In this document: positions 41,790 to 58,990 of the stretch, piece after piece
How positions within the stretch are numbered: the first letter of the stretch is position 1
How the letters are laid out: every line of letters begins with the position of its first letter
NCBI RefSeq assembly: GCF_009914755.1
Contig: NC_060930.1
DNA from: the human T2T-CHM13v2.0 reference genome, Homo sapiens
Length of the DNA stretch: 64,000 bases
Direction: 5' to 3' (one strand)
Made by a program: the position numbers and the translations under genes
Notes under the pieces: model-generated
Told to the model about the DNA's origin: nothing
The model's database searches: none
What the model saw: the letters and a program-made list of their open reading frames with translations, nothing else

Positions 41790-42078
41790 TTCCTACAAAG
41801 ATGATGGGTCTTTGCTGACCCTATTTCTTTCGTTCAGGATGAGCTCAAAATTACCACATTAGTTTTGAAACTTGCTCTAATTTCTCCTACCAGGAGGAAT
41901 TTCTTCCTTCTTGGCAATACTGTGGTATTTAATGGTATTTTACTGTTTTGCACTTTGTATTATACTTATTTGTGTTATGTCTTGTCGCCCCTACTAGACT
42001 GTAAGATGATTTTATCTGTATACCATTAAGTGTCTCATACATACAGATTCTCAGTAAAATTTTGCTGGTGGAATGGAG
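41790..42078 (+). mobile_element. L2 3' remnant
   Basis: gtcgcccctactagactgtaag...ctcagtaaaattttgctggtggaatgg. Confidence 0.6.
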
Positions 42079-42261
42079 TGGAGACCCAGGCTTTAGATAG
42101 TAACTGGGAACAACAAGATCGAATTTCTTATCTGTTCGTACCTAATAAGCTCCTCTCTCCCCTCGCCCATAGGCTTTGCTTACCTGTCACAGAACCTACC
42201 CTGCCTTTTTTCCTACATGCGGTATTATTGTCCTGAACTCCTTCAAGTGTTAAGTAAATCA

Positions 42262-42940
<679 letters not shown>

Positions 42941-44036
42941 AAAAGAAGTATTCCCCATTGGTGATTGTACCAAAAGGATATAGAAATACCTGCCTAGTCC
43001 CTAGGACTGATGTACAGGTGGACTCTTTGCATTTCTGTAGAGAACCCACAAAACCTCTAGTACCAGTGACAAAGTCAGGCTGCCCCAAAGGGGCAAAGCC
43101 ACTTTGGTAGAGTGAGGAAGAGGCAGTAAGAGTCTCTAGTTAGTTTTGAAGTCTTGGTCTTCCCTGGTCAGGAGGAGTAGAGTACACCTGCTGGTTTCAG
43201 CACTGCTCTCAGATGGTTAAAAAACCACTCTCAATATATAATATCTCCCGCCTGTTATGTAATAGTCACTTCAACAGTTTTTATGTTGTTTAACTTTTCA
43301 ATACAACCTTTTTGGATTATCATTATTTCCACTTTTATAGATGAAGAACTAGAGATTCAAAGATTCATTCAGGAAGCAAATATGTGTTGTATCCTGGGGT
43401 CAGGCTGACTGTTGTCTCTGCCTGCTAGTCTGGAATTTAAACCTTGTTCTCCTTTGTCACTTGATATTGGCAATTTCTTTCCTGTCCTTGCTGGATTTCC
43501 TGCATTTCTCACTTGTGCTCTCCTCTGACTTTTCTGACCTCTTTGGTTCTAAAAATTATCCCTGATTCCCACACTTCTGGTTCCTATTCTGTGTGGTGAC
43601 CCCTGCTGTTTGCTGCCCACACCTCGGAGTGATGCTGAGTGAGGGAATCCAATCTCCCAAACAGGAAGCTTACCAAGTTTTGAAAGCAGAGCCTTTTCTT
43701 GCAGTCAATTAAAGGTTCACTCTGACTGTCCATTTTTAAACTATGGTATGAATTTTGTCTGTCATTTTCTTGCCCTTGTCTTCCTGTGAGAAGACTGTGT
43801 TTTATTTATCAAGATAGTAGTTTTAATTCTCTTAGAGGTTGGGGCTTTAATAATTGAGTGATTTAAAAACTTTTTATGAACAAATTCTGTGTCTTCCATA
43901 TCACACCTAGAGAAGCAGTGAGGGACATATTTTACTCTTTAGAATTATATAAGTAATTTCCTCATGCATCAATAGAAAGAAATTAGCTACAGGCTTCGGA
44001 ATGCTTAGAGTGGGAATGCGAGATAATCGTAAGTAA

Positions 44037-44383
<347 letters not shown>

Positions 44384-44954
44384 AAGAAACTACATTCTTT
44401 AAGTTATTATAATATTTAAATATATAAGTAAAATGCCACCATATATCATAATACTGTTCTTTTTTGTGATTTATAAATTTCTCTATGGCCTGTATCTTAT
44501 ACTGTATACATAAAGCCTCCTGAATTCATATATAATGTGGGTCTGAGAACATATTTGACAGTTGATTATCTAAAAGTCAGATAATTGACATGTTATAAAG
44601 GGGTGGGGAGGGTTGCTAAATAAGTTTCCATTAGGCTAAGAAAAGATTATAAAATTTCTTATTATTGGTTCATGCACAGTTAAGCAACTCAGCAAGTGAA
44701 AGAAAATTTACAGATGGCTTGAATGTGTTGGGTTTTTGCTTTGTTTTTGGCAAGGGACCATCGGCTCTGAAGATTAGGGAAGTCATCCAGGCATCTTCCT
44801 TTCCCACAAACCCACCAACTCTGTTACCTGGAGCTTAATACATATGTGATCTAATACAGTATCCTTCCATGTGATTAAGCTTTTCTCCCATTACTATTCA
44901 TTAAACAGACTATTGACATCTCTAAGTGTGATCCCCAAACCAACAGCATTGGCA

Positions 44955-45142
44955 TCTTGGTTCTCAAACATTAAGGAACAGCACAGTCGCTTGGCTGGCT
45001 TATTAAAAACAAAGATTGCTGGACCCCATCCTCAGAGTCTGCGATTCAGTAGGTCTGGAGTAGAGCTTGAGAATTTGCATTTCTGTCAGGTTCCAAGATA
45101 ATATGATGTTGCTGGTCTGGGACTACACTCCAAGAAACACTG
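44955..45142. mobile_element. MER5A hAT-Charlie fossil
   Basis: gattgctggaccccatcctcagagtctgcgattcagtaggtctggag...gagaatttgcatttct; ends gttctcaaac / gaaacactg. Confidence 0.85.
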
Positions 45143-45649
45143 AAAACAGACTTTGCTTTCACCTTTGATTTATGAATCCCTCTTTGCCATATATAATCAT
45201 AGCATATATTTTGTATATGTGATATATAAATTGATAAACTTTCATTTTTCATTCTGAATTCTGTATGCTTGTTATTGAGAACTGATTGTCATCTCACTCT
45301 TCTGTGAATGGACTCTTTCTGTTTTCTAACTTGATCTCTTTTACATGGGCAAGCTATTGACTTGGCTATATTTAACTAGGCATTTGATTGACCTTTCCTA
45401 TTAATTATTAATCCTGTAGCTTTTTAGTTGATTCTTTGGGCTTTCTAGGTAAGCAACCATATTATTTCTATTTTTCCTCTTTGAGCGATTCCTAAAATGG
45501 CTGTCTGTGAAATGTCTTTCATATTTGTTAACATGTTGCTTTTCTTTCTCTTCCTTTTTTTATTATGGTTGTGCATCTCATGTCTATACTCTTTGTTTTT
45601 ATGCAGTCTCAAATCTCCTGTTTGTATCTCCAAAGTAGTTAATAATTTT

Positions 45650-46610
45650 TATTCATATACTTTAAAATGCACTCTTTTTGGAAATTGTAACCACTGCTGC
45701 AATCAAGATACAGAACAGTTACACCACGTACCAAAATTTTCTCCTTTTCCCTTTCTAGTCAAACTCTCTTATCGCTGCAAGTACTGGCAACCACAAATTT
45801 CTTTTCTTTTCCTTTGGTTTTGCCCTTTCCAGATGTCATATAAATGGAATCATGCGGTATGTAGCCTGATGGGATTCAGAACACACCACCCCAAAATATG
45901 GCACATTGCATATTGAATATTTTAAGCTGAAGGAATTTGAGAAATGGCAGGTACAGGAAGGACTCTCTGACCTTCCTCTGAAGAAGGTCATAAGACATGT
46001 CATGTGAGAGGTGCCCTCCCTGCACCTGGAGGGGGAAGGGGCATTCCTGTCTCCAAAGGCGGAAGAACGCTGAGGATTCCAAATGAACTCCACAGGCCTT
46101 GCTAAGTTTCCCCTGGTTTGCTAACTCCCTTTTAGCTCATACGCTTTGTCCTGTCACATTTTTTCACAACCTCCCACTCTTTATCAAACCTAGCATAAAA
46201 ACACCCAGGTTAACTGTTTCCTTCCATCTGCGTTTCCATATGAAGACTCCCATATCATATAACACTTCTATTAAACAGATGTGTTTACTTTTCTCTTTTA
46301 AATCTTTTGTTAGTCTAATTTACAGGGCCCAGCCAGAGAACCTGGGAGGGTAAGCGAAAAGAATATTTTTTTCTTCCCCTACAAGCTCTTTTAGTCTGGC
46401 TTCTTTCATTTAGCAATATTTTTGGTTTCATCCATATTCTTTCATGTTCATTCCTTTTTATTGCTGTGTGCTATTCCATTGTATGAATGTACCACAGTGT
46501 TTTTAATCTGTTAATCACTTGAAGCATCCTAGGTTGCTTGCAGTTTGGGGCAATTATGAATAAAGCCACTATAAACATTCACATACGGATTCTTATGAGA
46601 ACATGTCCAG
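45650..46610 (-). mobile_element. Old L1M 3' region split by an LTR
   Basis: gtcatataaatggaatcatgcggtatgtagcc | agctcttttagtctggcttctttcatttagca is contiguous L1M antisense sequence across the LTR. Confidence 0.75.
45867..46383 (+). mobile_element. ERV1 solo LTR, MER31-like
   Basis: TG...CA ends; tgatgggattcagaacacaccaccccaaaatatggcac...gaatattttaagctgaaggaatttgaga matches the MER31 5' end; near-TSD agcc/agct. Confidence 0.82.
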
Positions 46611-47179
46611 TGTCATTTCTGATTTTCCTACTAGGTTTTTCATTTTCATGTAGTCTTTACTTATTGTGATATGTTCTTTTCTCATAATGGCTTCCTCTGA
46701 TTCCTAGAGTCAGTGTCCTTTTGTGTGTTGTTAAGAACAAGGTTCAAAACTGAAAAATTCTTTTATTTTTTGATTTACATTTCATACTGACAAGAATTAG
46801 TCTTTCTTCAGCACTTTGGTTTTTTTTTCTCTTTTGCTCCTGAAACTTTTGTATGCTCTGAGATAATTTTTCTTTGCTCATCCGTAAGAGAGAAACCTAC
46901 AGGCACTTTTGAGGTATAGATAAAATTAGGTACTTTAAGTACTGCTATGAGTTCTGACAGATTGGTACAGGGGCCCACCTATAATTCTTCCAAGTGGACC
47001 TTCCCAGATCTGTATCAAAGGAAGTAACAAAACTCAACTTTCAGTAGGTGGCTGGATAGGAAATGGAGCAGTGGGGAATTCAAGCTCCATGCTGGTCACC
47101 TTCTCTCATACGTTGTCTTCCCAGTTGTTGCATTTTAGTTGACAAGTGTAACTAGTTCCAGGCAGATGCCCCTTCCCCA

Positions 47180-47300
47180 CATATGGTAGGCAAAACCTAA
47201 AAATGGTTCCCAAGATTCTTACCCTCTGCTGCACCTACCTTGTGTTGTTCCCTCCCCCTGAATGTGGGTGGAACCTGTGGATATAATGGGCTGTTCCTCC
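47180..47300 (+). mobile_element. MLT1 LTR 5' fragment
   Basis: tggtaggcaaaacctaaaaatggttcccaagattc...ctccccctgaatgtgggtggaacctgtg. Confidence 0.6.
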
Positions 47301-47307
47301 AGTATTG

Positions 47308-47438
47308 TATAGCCACTCATGGCTGTTGAACATTTAAATATGTCTAGAATGACTGCGCAACCGAATGTTTCATTTATTTAATTAATTTAAAACTAAATAG
47401 CCGCATGTGGCTAGTGGCAGCTGTAGTTAATAATGTGC
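47308..47438. mobile_element. MER3 hAT-Charlie fragment
   Basis: tagccactcatggctgttgaacatttaaat...aaatagccgcatgtggctagtggc. Confidence 0.75.
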
Positions 47439-48673
47439 TTGGTGAAGTATTTGGGGTGAAGTGTCTTGATATATGCATCTTTCTTTGAAATGCATAAGAA
47501 AGTACAATGGATAGTTGTATGGTAAAGCAAATAAAGTACAATATTATCATAGAATCTAGGTGGTAGGTATATGGAGTTCACTGTAAAATTATTTCAACTT
47601 TTTCTGTATATTTAAAATGTTTTACAATAACATGACAGGAGGAAACCTTTTGATGGACTTTAGTGAAAAAAGTAATTACACCCAGTAAAGAAAAATCTAG
47701 GACCAGATGGCATCACTGGTGAATTCTAGCAAACATTTAAAGAATTAACACCAGTCCCTCTGAAATTCATCTAAAAAATAGAAGAGGAGAGAACACTTTC
47801 TAACTCATTCTCTGAGGTCAGCATACCAAAGCTAGATAAAGATATCAGAAGAAAAGAAAATTATAGACTGATAGCCCTTATGAATATAGATGCAAAAATA
47901 TTAACAAATCAAATTCAACAGCATATTAAAAGGATTTTACACCCATCATCAAGTGGGATTTATCCAAGGAATACAAAGATGCTTCCACATAACAAAAATC
48001 AATCAATATAATATAGCACATTAATGTAACAAAAGCAAAAACAGAGTGATCTCAATGAATGAAGAAAAGGTATTTGCCAAAATCCAACACTTCATCTCAG
48101 GAATGATGAGGTTGATGGAAAAAACAAACAAACAAACAAACAAAAACACTAAAAAAACCCTATAAGTAGAAGAGAACATTCTCAACATGTTAAAGGACAT
48201 TTCTGAAAAACTCACGATTAGCATCATGCTCATTGGTGAAAGACTAAATAAAAGCTTTCCCCCTAAGATCAGGAGCAAGACAAGGTGCCTGCTTTCTCCA
48301 TTGCTATTCAACGTTGTACTCGAATTCCCAATCAGAGCAGTGAAACAGGAAAAAGAACTAAAATGCATTCAAATTGGAAAAGAAGTAAAACAGTCTCTCT
48401 TCACAGATAATATGATCCTAAATATAGAAGATCCCAAAGAATCTACAAGAAAACTACTAGAACTATGAAATGAATGTAGCAAAGCTGTAGGTTATAAGAT
48501 CACCATGCAAAAATCAGTTGTGTTTCTCTTCATCAGCAATGAACAATCATAATCAATCTGAAAAGGAAATTAAGAAAGTGATTCCGTTTACAATAGCATC
48601 TGAAAGAATAAAATACCTAGGAATAAATTTAACCAAGGAGGTGAAAAATTTGTACACTAAAAAATATGAAACA

Positions 48674-48808
48674 AGTTGTGTGCTGTAGCACATGCATGTA
48701 GTCCCAGCTACTCAGGAGGCTGAAGCAGGAGAATCACTTGAGCCTGAAAGTTTGAGACCACCCTGAGCAACATAGCAAGGCCCCATCTCTTAAAAAAGAA
48801 AAAAAAAA
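48674..48808 (+). mobile_element. FLAM_A-like Alu monomer inside the L1
   Basis: Monomer plus A tail; TSD aaaWtatgaaaca. Confidence 0.85.
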
Positions 48809-49629
48809 GTGATAAATTATGAAACACTACTGAAAGAAATGAAAGAAGACCTAAATAAAAGTAAAGACATTCATGTTCAGGGATAGGAATACTTAATATT
48901 GTTAAGATGTCAGTACTACCCAAAGTAATCTACAGATTCGGCACAATCCCTAGCAAAATTCCAACAGCACTCCCCTTTTTTTTGCAGTTCTAGAAAAGCT
49001 ATTCCTCAAATTCACGTACAGTTGCAAGGGCCCTGAGTAACCAAAGCAGTCTTTAAATGGGACAAAATTAGAGGACTCACACTCCCCAATTTCAGAACCT
49101 ACTACAGAGTTATGGTAATCAAACCACCATGGTACTTGCATAGGAATAGACATATAGATCAATGGAATGGGACTGAATCCAGAAGTAAACCCATACAACT
49201 GTAGCCAATTGATTTTTGACCAGGGAACCACATTTATTCAGTGGGGAAAGATAGTTCACCAAATGGTGCTAGATTTCTGCATACAAAAGAACAAAGTTAG
49301 ACCCCTACCTTACACCATATACAAAAATCAACTCAAAATTGAAAAACAACCTAAATATAAGAGTTAAAATACCAAGACTCTTAGAAGAAAACACAGGGGT
49401 AAATCTTTATGACCTTGGATTTAACAGTGGATTCTTAGATGTGTCACCAAAAGCACAAGCAACAAAAGAAAAAATAGATAAATTTGACTTCATCAGACTT
49501 TAAACTGTCATGTATCAAAGGATATTATCAAGAAACTGAAAAGACAATCTACAGACTGGGAGACGATATTTACAAATTATAAATTTGATACAGGTTTAAT
49601 TTCTAGAATACGTAAAGAACTAAAACTCA

Positions 49630-49880
49630 GCCTGATGCAATGACTCACACCTGTAATCCTAGCACTTTGGGAGGCCGAGGTGCATCAGATCACTTGAGGT
49701 CAGAAGTTGGAGACCAGCTTGGCCAATATGGTGAAACCCCATCTCTATTAAAAATAAAAAAACAAAAATTACCCAGAAATCGCTTGAACCAGGAGGGAGA
49801 GGTTGCAGTGAGCCAAGATCATGCCACGACACTCCAGCCTGAGAAACAGAGCAAGACGCCATCCCCGTCCCCCACAAAAA
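49630..49880 (+). mobile_element. AluS with internal deletion, inside the L1
   Basis: Left arm plus a right arm missing its 5' part; TSD agaacta..actca. Confidence 0.88.
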
Positions 49881-50699
49881 AGAACTACGACTCAACAAGC
49901 AGACAACCCAGTTAGAAAATGGACAAAAGATTTGAATAGATATTTTTCAAAAGAAGATAAGCACATGAAAAGATGCTGAAAACATTCTTAGTCTTTAGTG
50001 TGATGCAAATCAAAACCCTTCAGACTTGCTAGGATGGCTTTAATTAAAAACAAAATAGAAACTAAGTGTTGGTGAGGATGTGGAGAAATTGGTCCTCATA
50101 CATTGCTGTGAATAGTAGCAATGTAAAATGGTGCAGCTACTGTGGAAAACAATGTGACTGTTTCTTAAAAAGTTGAACATAGAATTAATATATGACCCAG
50201 CAATTTCTCTCCTAGGTATATGCTCCAAAGAATTAAAAACAGGGACTCAACCTGATACACATACACAAATGTTCATTGCAGCGATATTTGCAATAGCCCA
50301 AAGGTGGAAACAACCCAAATGACCATTAACACATGAATGGATAAACAAAATATTGGATGTATGCAAAATTTAATATTATTCAATCATAAAATGGAATGAT
50401 GTTCGGATATATGCTACAGCATGATGAACCCTGAAAGCATTATGCTAAATGAAATAAGCCAGACACAAAAGGACAAATATTGTATGATCCCATTTATGTG
50501 AAATATCTAGGGTGGGCAAATTCATGGAGACAAGAAGTAGATTAGAGGTTACCAGGGAAAGGGTGAAGGGAGGAATGGGGAGTTATTGCTTAATGGATAC
50601 AGAGTTTCTGTTTCAGGTGATGAAAAAGCTTTGGAAATGGTGGTGATAGTTACACAACATTGTGAATGTAATAAATGTCCCAGAAATGTAAAACAAAAT

Positions 50700-51825
<1,126 letters not shown>

Positions 51826-52119
51826 TTACTTTCTAGAGGAAAGTATTTTATATCTTTAGAGTAGTTTGAGCTACACAGTAGATGATTGTCAGAACTCACT
51901 CGCTTAAGATCTTTCCTTTTTTTCTTTTTTTGTAGTTGTTGTTTTAAGAGACAGGGTCTGTTTCTGTCACACAGGCCAGAGTAGAGTGGTATGATCATAG
52001 CTCACTGCAGCCTTGAACTCCTGAGCTCAAGTGATCCTCCTGCCTCAGCCTCCCAAATAGCCGTGGACCACCATGCCTGGCTAATCTTTAAAAAAAAAAT
52101 TTTTTTTGGTGGAACATAA

Positions 52120-52503
52120 TTTCTTTTTTTTTAAATTATACTTTAAGTTCTAGGGTACATGTGCACAATGTGCAGGTTTGTTACTCATGTATACGTGTGC
52201 CATGTTGGTTTGCTGCACCCGTTAACTTGTCATTTACGTTAGGTATTTCTCCTAATGCTGTCCCTCCCGCATTCCCGCACCCCATGACAGGCCCTGGTGT
52301 GTGATGTTCCCAGCCCTGTGTCCAGGTGTTCTCATTGTTCAATTCCCACCTATGAGTGAGAATATGCGGTGTTTGGTTTTCTATCCTTGCGATAGTTTGC
52401 TCAGAATGATGGTTTCCAGCTTCATCCATGTCCCTACAAGGGACATGAACTCATCCTTTTTTATGGCTGCATAGTATTCCATGGTGTATATGTGCCACAT
52501 CTT
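52120..52503 (-). mobile_element. L1PA5/6-like 3' end
   Basis: aagttctagggtac, ggtttgctgc, gacaggccctggtgtgtg, ccagcttcatcc, ctcatccttttt. Confidence 0.85.
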
Positions 52504-54064
<1,561 letters not shown>

Positions 54065-54789
54065 TAAAAAAAATTTTTTTTAGAGATGAGGTCTTGCTGT
54101 GTTGACCAGGCTGGTCTCACACCCCTGGGCTCTAGTGATCCTCCTGCCTCGGCCCCCCAAAGTGCTGAGATCACATGCATGAGCTACCGTGCCCGGGCTA
54201 CATTTCCATTTATGTAGATTTTCCATCAAATAAAAACTTCTAGTTAATGATATGAAAGAAAAAAATAATCCTGAGCTTCGAAGATGATAGTCACGCAGTG
54301 ACAAAACACCTGTATGTTTATGGGACTGTTAGCACTCGCCTTGGGCAGTTACTGCCTGATGTTTTACAATGTACACACCATGTGTGTTAATAACTAGTGC
54401 TGTAAGCTACATCTTGATGTTTCTTATTGCTTAATTATCAAGTTGTAGACTCTAAGCAAGATGCATAAGAAGTGGTGCTTATGGAGTTTTCCTTCTCAAG
54501 AACTTCCTCTCTAGTGATAAAATCATCAGCACCCGGATTGGAACACTGTACACATTCATGAGGAGAAAAGTGCTCAGCAATAGATGTGGAAAAATCAGTG
54601 AGCAATAAATAATTCCATGTATTTTCAGAAAAGAAAAAACGTTTATAAAATCACATTTTTCTACTGATGGCTATTGTAATTTTATACAATCTGATGGAAA
54701 ATAAATGTAGTGGTTATCAGAACCTTCTGGTGACATTCCAGGTTTTCTCTCTTGAGCTCTCTACTGTTTCTTTGACGTTCGTGGAGTGT

Positions 54790-54930
54790 TGGCTTAAAAT
54801 TTGTTTTCTACACTCTTACCCTGGGGAGATTCTGCGTCAGCGGGTCTAAGATGCTGTCATACCATTAGTCTTTTTAATTAGTGCATCAGGCGATTTGCAT
54901 CAAATTGTTTGGGAAATATTGCATTTAGAT
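54790..54930. mobile_element. MER5-family fossil
   Basis: gagattctgcgtcagcgggtct...caggcgattt...gtttgggaaatattg. Confidence 0.5.
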
Positions 54931-54999
54931 TATAAGTAAAGGCATCAGACAAGAAGTAATTCTTACTGGTGACCAATAATAGCTTAAAATTCAATATAA

Positions 55000-55283
55000 T
55001 AATAAAAACAATAGTAACGTAAGATAATACTATTGAATATTTATGAAGCAATTACCATATTTTAGTTCCTCATCTAAATGCTTTTTTTCCATTAACTTGT
55101 TTATTCCTCACAAAAGATGGAGGTGCTGCAATTATCTCCTTTCACAGATGAGAAAACAGGTGAAAGGATAAATAATTTGCACCTCCCCTTTCCCCCGCTA
55201 CCCTAGGCACAAAAGTAGTAGATGACAGAGTCAGGCTTTAAACTCTGACATTCTGGCCTCAGAGCTCTTGGCTTAACCAGTGA
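55000..55283 (-). mobile_element. MIR SINE
   Basis: attatctcctttcacagatgagaaaacagg...agagtcaggctttaaactctgacattctggcctcagagc. Confidence 0.75.
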
Positions 55284-55538
55284 TTTACATGGCTACCGCA
55301 TGAGTTACAGGCACTATGGTGTGTTCATTTTGAGGGTTGGAAGGAGTTTTTCTACAAGGCAGTAATGAGGTGTAATCATGGCCCAGTGTCTCAGTCCTTC
55401 CTCTTCTTATCTCCTCACCACTCTCTAGCACTAGTGGTCTTGAACTGAGTAAGAGTTGGAAGGCTCTGGCTTGAGCTCTGACGTGATCATTTGTTAGCGG
55501 CAGGAAGGTGGGCATGCTGCAGCCTGTCCTTACTGTGA

Positions 55539-55976
<438 letters not shown>

Positions 55977-56221
55977 CATCCTGCTTATTTCTTACATGCA
56001 TAAGGGACTCTTCTGCTTTTCTCATGGTCATCTGTTTTTCTTTTTTAATTTTAGTCTTATCTACGGAGTTGTTTTTTTCTCAACTCTACTTTCAATTACT
56101 GCAGCATCCTTAGAGTTGCTGTTTTTTCATGTCTTGCCTCTTCTGCACTTGTGCAACTTGTTCTTGTTGCATATATATCTGTATTAAAAATAAGTGTTTG
56201 CACCGTCTCCCCTGACAGAGA

Positions 56222-56770
56222 AATCTTACCAAAAAGTTGAACTTAAATTTGGTTAAGGTAATGAAGAAGACATGGGGACATTCCCATTCTTAAAGGATGC
56301 AGTCAGCAAAATCCAGACTGTGAAACTCTTTACTGGACCAAAGACACAGTTCTTCAACTAAGAAAGAGGTGTGGAGCAGTAGGGAGGGAGAGGGAGAGAG
56401 ACTGAAGTGGGGACTCCTTCACAGATGAAAAGAGACTTAAAAGAGAATTGAAATATGTGGACTGTATATGGATCCTTATTCAAACAAACTATTTAAAACT
56501 TGACAATTATAAGACAAGTACAATATTGAGTGCTGATACAATGTAAAAATTATTTTAAAACTTTTTAAGGTATGGTAATAATGAAATATTTATAGGTGAA
56601 ATGACGTATCTGAGATTTTGCCTCAAAATCCTTGGTGAGAGCATGTGGCTAGGTGACCCAGGGGTGATACTAGTTGAAGCTGACTAATAAAAGCATGAGG
56701 ATGAATTATACCATATTGTATATTTATATATTTATATATATGTTTGAGGTTTCCTGTCATAAAAATTACA
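56222..56770 (+). mobile_element. Ancient L1MC/ME 3' UTR remnant
   Basis: atgcagtcagcaaaatccagactgtgaaactct...aaaagagacttaaaagag...tggatccttattcaaacaaact. Confidence 0.6.
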
Positions 56771-57754
56771 CAAAACATGTACTCATAACCTTTCTCCATC
56801 TACAGAATCATCCAGATTTAACAAAGCAGTTCTCACTTTAAAATTGATTCTAAGGAGTTTTTATTTACCTCATATTAACTATCCACTTCCAGCTTGGCCT
56901 GGAAAGATTTTGTTGCAGTATTTTCTGACAGCATTTTCCTAGATAAGCCAACCTTTTTGGAAGCAGTTGCCTTAAGCATCTGTCAATAGAATCTGATCAG
57001 ATTGGTTAAATTGAATGAATTAAACTGAGGCAAAGTCAAGTGGATGAAAACCTCCTGGTCTTTCACTAAACATCTGCTCCTAGTGACAGGTTCACAAAGG
57101 TCACTTTTACTGATTTACCTGAGTTGAATTTGAGGGAGCAGGTGCAGAGACATTGGCTTCTTTTGTCCTGCACCTGCCTTACCTCAGGTAAGTAGAAACA
57201 GCTGTTGAAAGCAGAATAGCATTACCCTGTAGGTGGGTCTGGAATGATCCCAAAAACGCATCTCTCTGTGCCGCCTTATTTTTAATAGCTGGTATTTTTG
57301 ACTTGGCATCACAAAAGAAGCGCATTAGAACATCTTAATAATGTACTAATTCTTTGGGGTTTTGACTGGAGTCAGTTAGATAATCATGATTCATTCAAGT
57401 TGCTGCACTGAATGCAGGTTACAGCCTAGTGCCATGAGGTGTTCGCTGGCCTTTTGCTTGCCTCAAAGCAAAAGAACAATAGCACTCAACATGCTTGGTC
57501 CCCCACTGTATAACTGAATGGTTCAATTTATATCTCATGCCTGTAGCAACTGCTTTTCAATAATCACAATAAAGAGTAAGGGATATATGTGTAGAGATAT
57601 ATGGCTGGATTATTCAGGTGGGGAGGGCCTGACTATGGGGGAAGGATAATGTGAATTTCAAAGTGTAAATATGTCATTGCATAATTTTTTGTTCTGGGCA
57701 TAGTTACATTTATTTATATTGTTTCTAAGGCTTTCTATCTGATAGTATGTAGAA

Positions 57755-58010
57755 TATGCAGTGGTTACATACTTCTGTAGTCAAATGAAGCAACTATTCT
57801 ACTATTTGCTAAATCTGTGTGCCTTGAGATAATAAATTTAGCATCTCCATCCTCAATTGCCTATTCTGCAAAATGAGGATAATAACAGAACTAACTTCAT
57901 AGAGTTGTGATAAGGATAAAAATGAAGAAATGTATGCAGAGAGCTAAGCACAGTCTTGGGCATGGAGTAAGTGCACAAGAACTCACGATACTGATGATGA
58001 TGATGATGAT
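57755..58010 (+). mobile_element. MIR SINE ending in (GAT)n
   Basis: ctgcaaaatgaggataataacagaactaacttcatagagttgtgataaggataaa...gtaagtgcacaag. Confidence 0.8.
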
Positions 58011-58874
58011 CATGAGTAATTGTATAGTAGTATGTGAACAAAAAGATTGAGTTGTTTCTTACTAGAGCAGGAATTAACATTATTTTATGTTAATAATGCA
58101 GTCCTTGTCGAAGCATTCAAATGGTGTGATTATAAATGGAATTATAAATACATAGAAAAGAAATATGTTTCATATTTTTGACATGTAATTGTGTGCTGAG
58201 TACATTTTAATCAAAGACAGAATGAAATTGCTGTCAAGGATATTGGTAGTTCATTAGCTTATTGACTGCACACTAAGTATCTAAAGTGTTATTTTGGTGA
58301 CAGCCTGATGCATTAATTTCTAGGTCAGCATATTATTGACCTCAACTATTTAATTCTTTAAAAAATTACCTTAACTATTTTTTGGTCAGATATTGTTTTA
58401 TAAAATCAGTATATATTCAATGAAAATTATTTTCTCCTTACCATACCATTCAGATGGTCTTCCTAAATTAACAGTGGTAAATTTACCAGTACTAGAACTT
58501 GGAAGAATTAACCTCTTAGCCTACACCCCACATACTTTTTTTTTTTTTTTTTTGCTGTGTTTTAAACATATAATGGATATTTCTTTATGTGGCCTCAGGG
58601 AGAAACTTATTAATACTTCAAATTTTTTTACAGGTTTTAAGTGTAAGCTGCTCTGGTTTTATAAAAGAAGTTTGAGTGATGCTTTTCTTTATAAAGGCTA
58701 CACTTCTGAATCAGAGATTTTCCATTTGGGAAGTTTGAAGAAGGTCTTTCACTTCATGTTGAGTGTTACAGGTTTAACAACTGCCCCCATTATAGAGATA
58801 ATGGTTAATTTCTCCTCTAAGTTATACACTTCTAAACTTTAGTTTTTTACAAAAATAACACATAAAATACAAAA

Positions 58875-58990
58875 TGTGGTGGCTCACACCTGCAATCCTC
58901 AGCACTTTGGGAGGCCAAGGCAGGAGGATATTTTGAGTCCATGGGTTCAAGACCAGTGTGGGCATCATAGTGAGACCCTGTGTTTTAAAA
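58875..58990 (+). mobile_element. FLAM/Alu monomer
   Basis: gtggctcacacctgcaatcctcagcactttgggaggccaaggcaggagg...catagtgagaccctg. Confidence 0.85.

Larger units (their letters stand above)
47680..50690 (+). mobile_element. 5'-truncated L1MB-like LINE (degenerate ORF2 RT/C-terminus plus 3' UTR), interrupted by two Alus
   Basis: ORF 48187-48468 (..LSPLLFNVVLE..IRAVKQEKELKCIQIGKEVKQSLFTDNMI..) aligns by eye to L1 ORF2 RT, with catalytic FADD decayed to FTDN; many stops and frameshifts; L1MB-type 3' UTR. Confidence 0.9.

Noticed and set aside
48187-48468. ORF with reverse-transcriptase similarity
   Set aside because: Decayed L1 ORF2 fragment; the catalytic FADD has become FTDN and it is flanked by stops and frameshifts. 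Not a novel RT system.
58393-58842. 149-aa plus-strand ORF
   Set aside because: Non-ATG start, low-complexity F/L/K-rich translation spanning a poly-T run, no recognisable homology or splice support.
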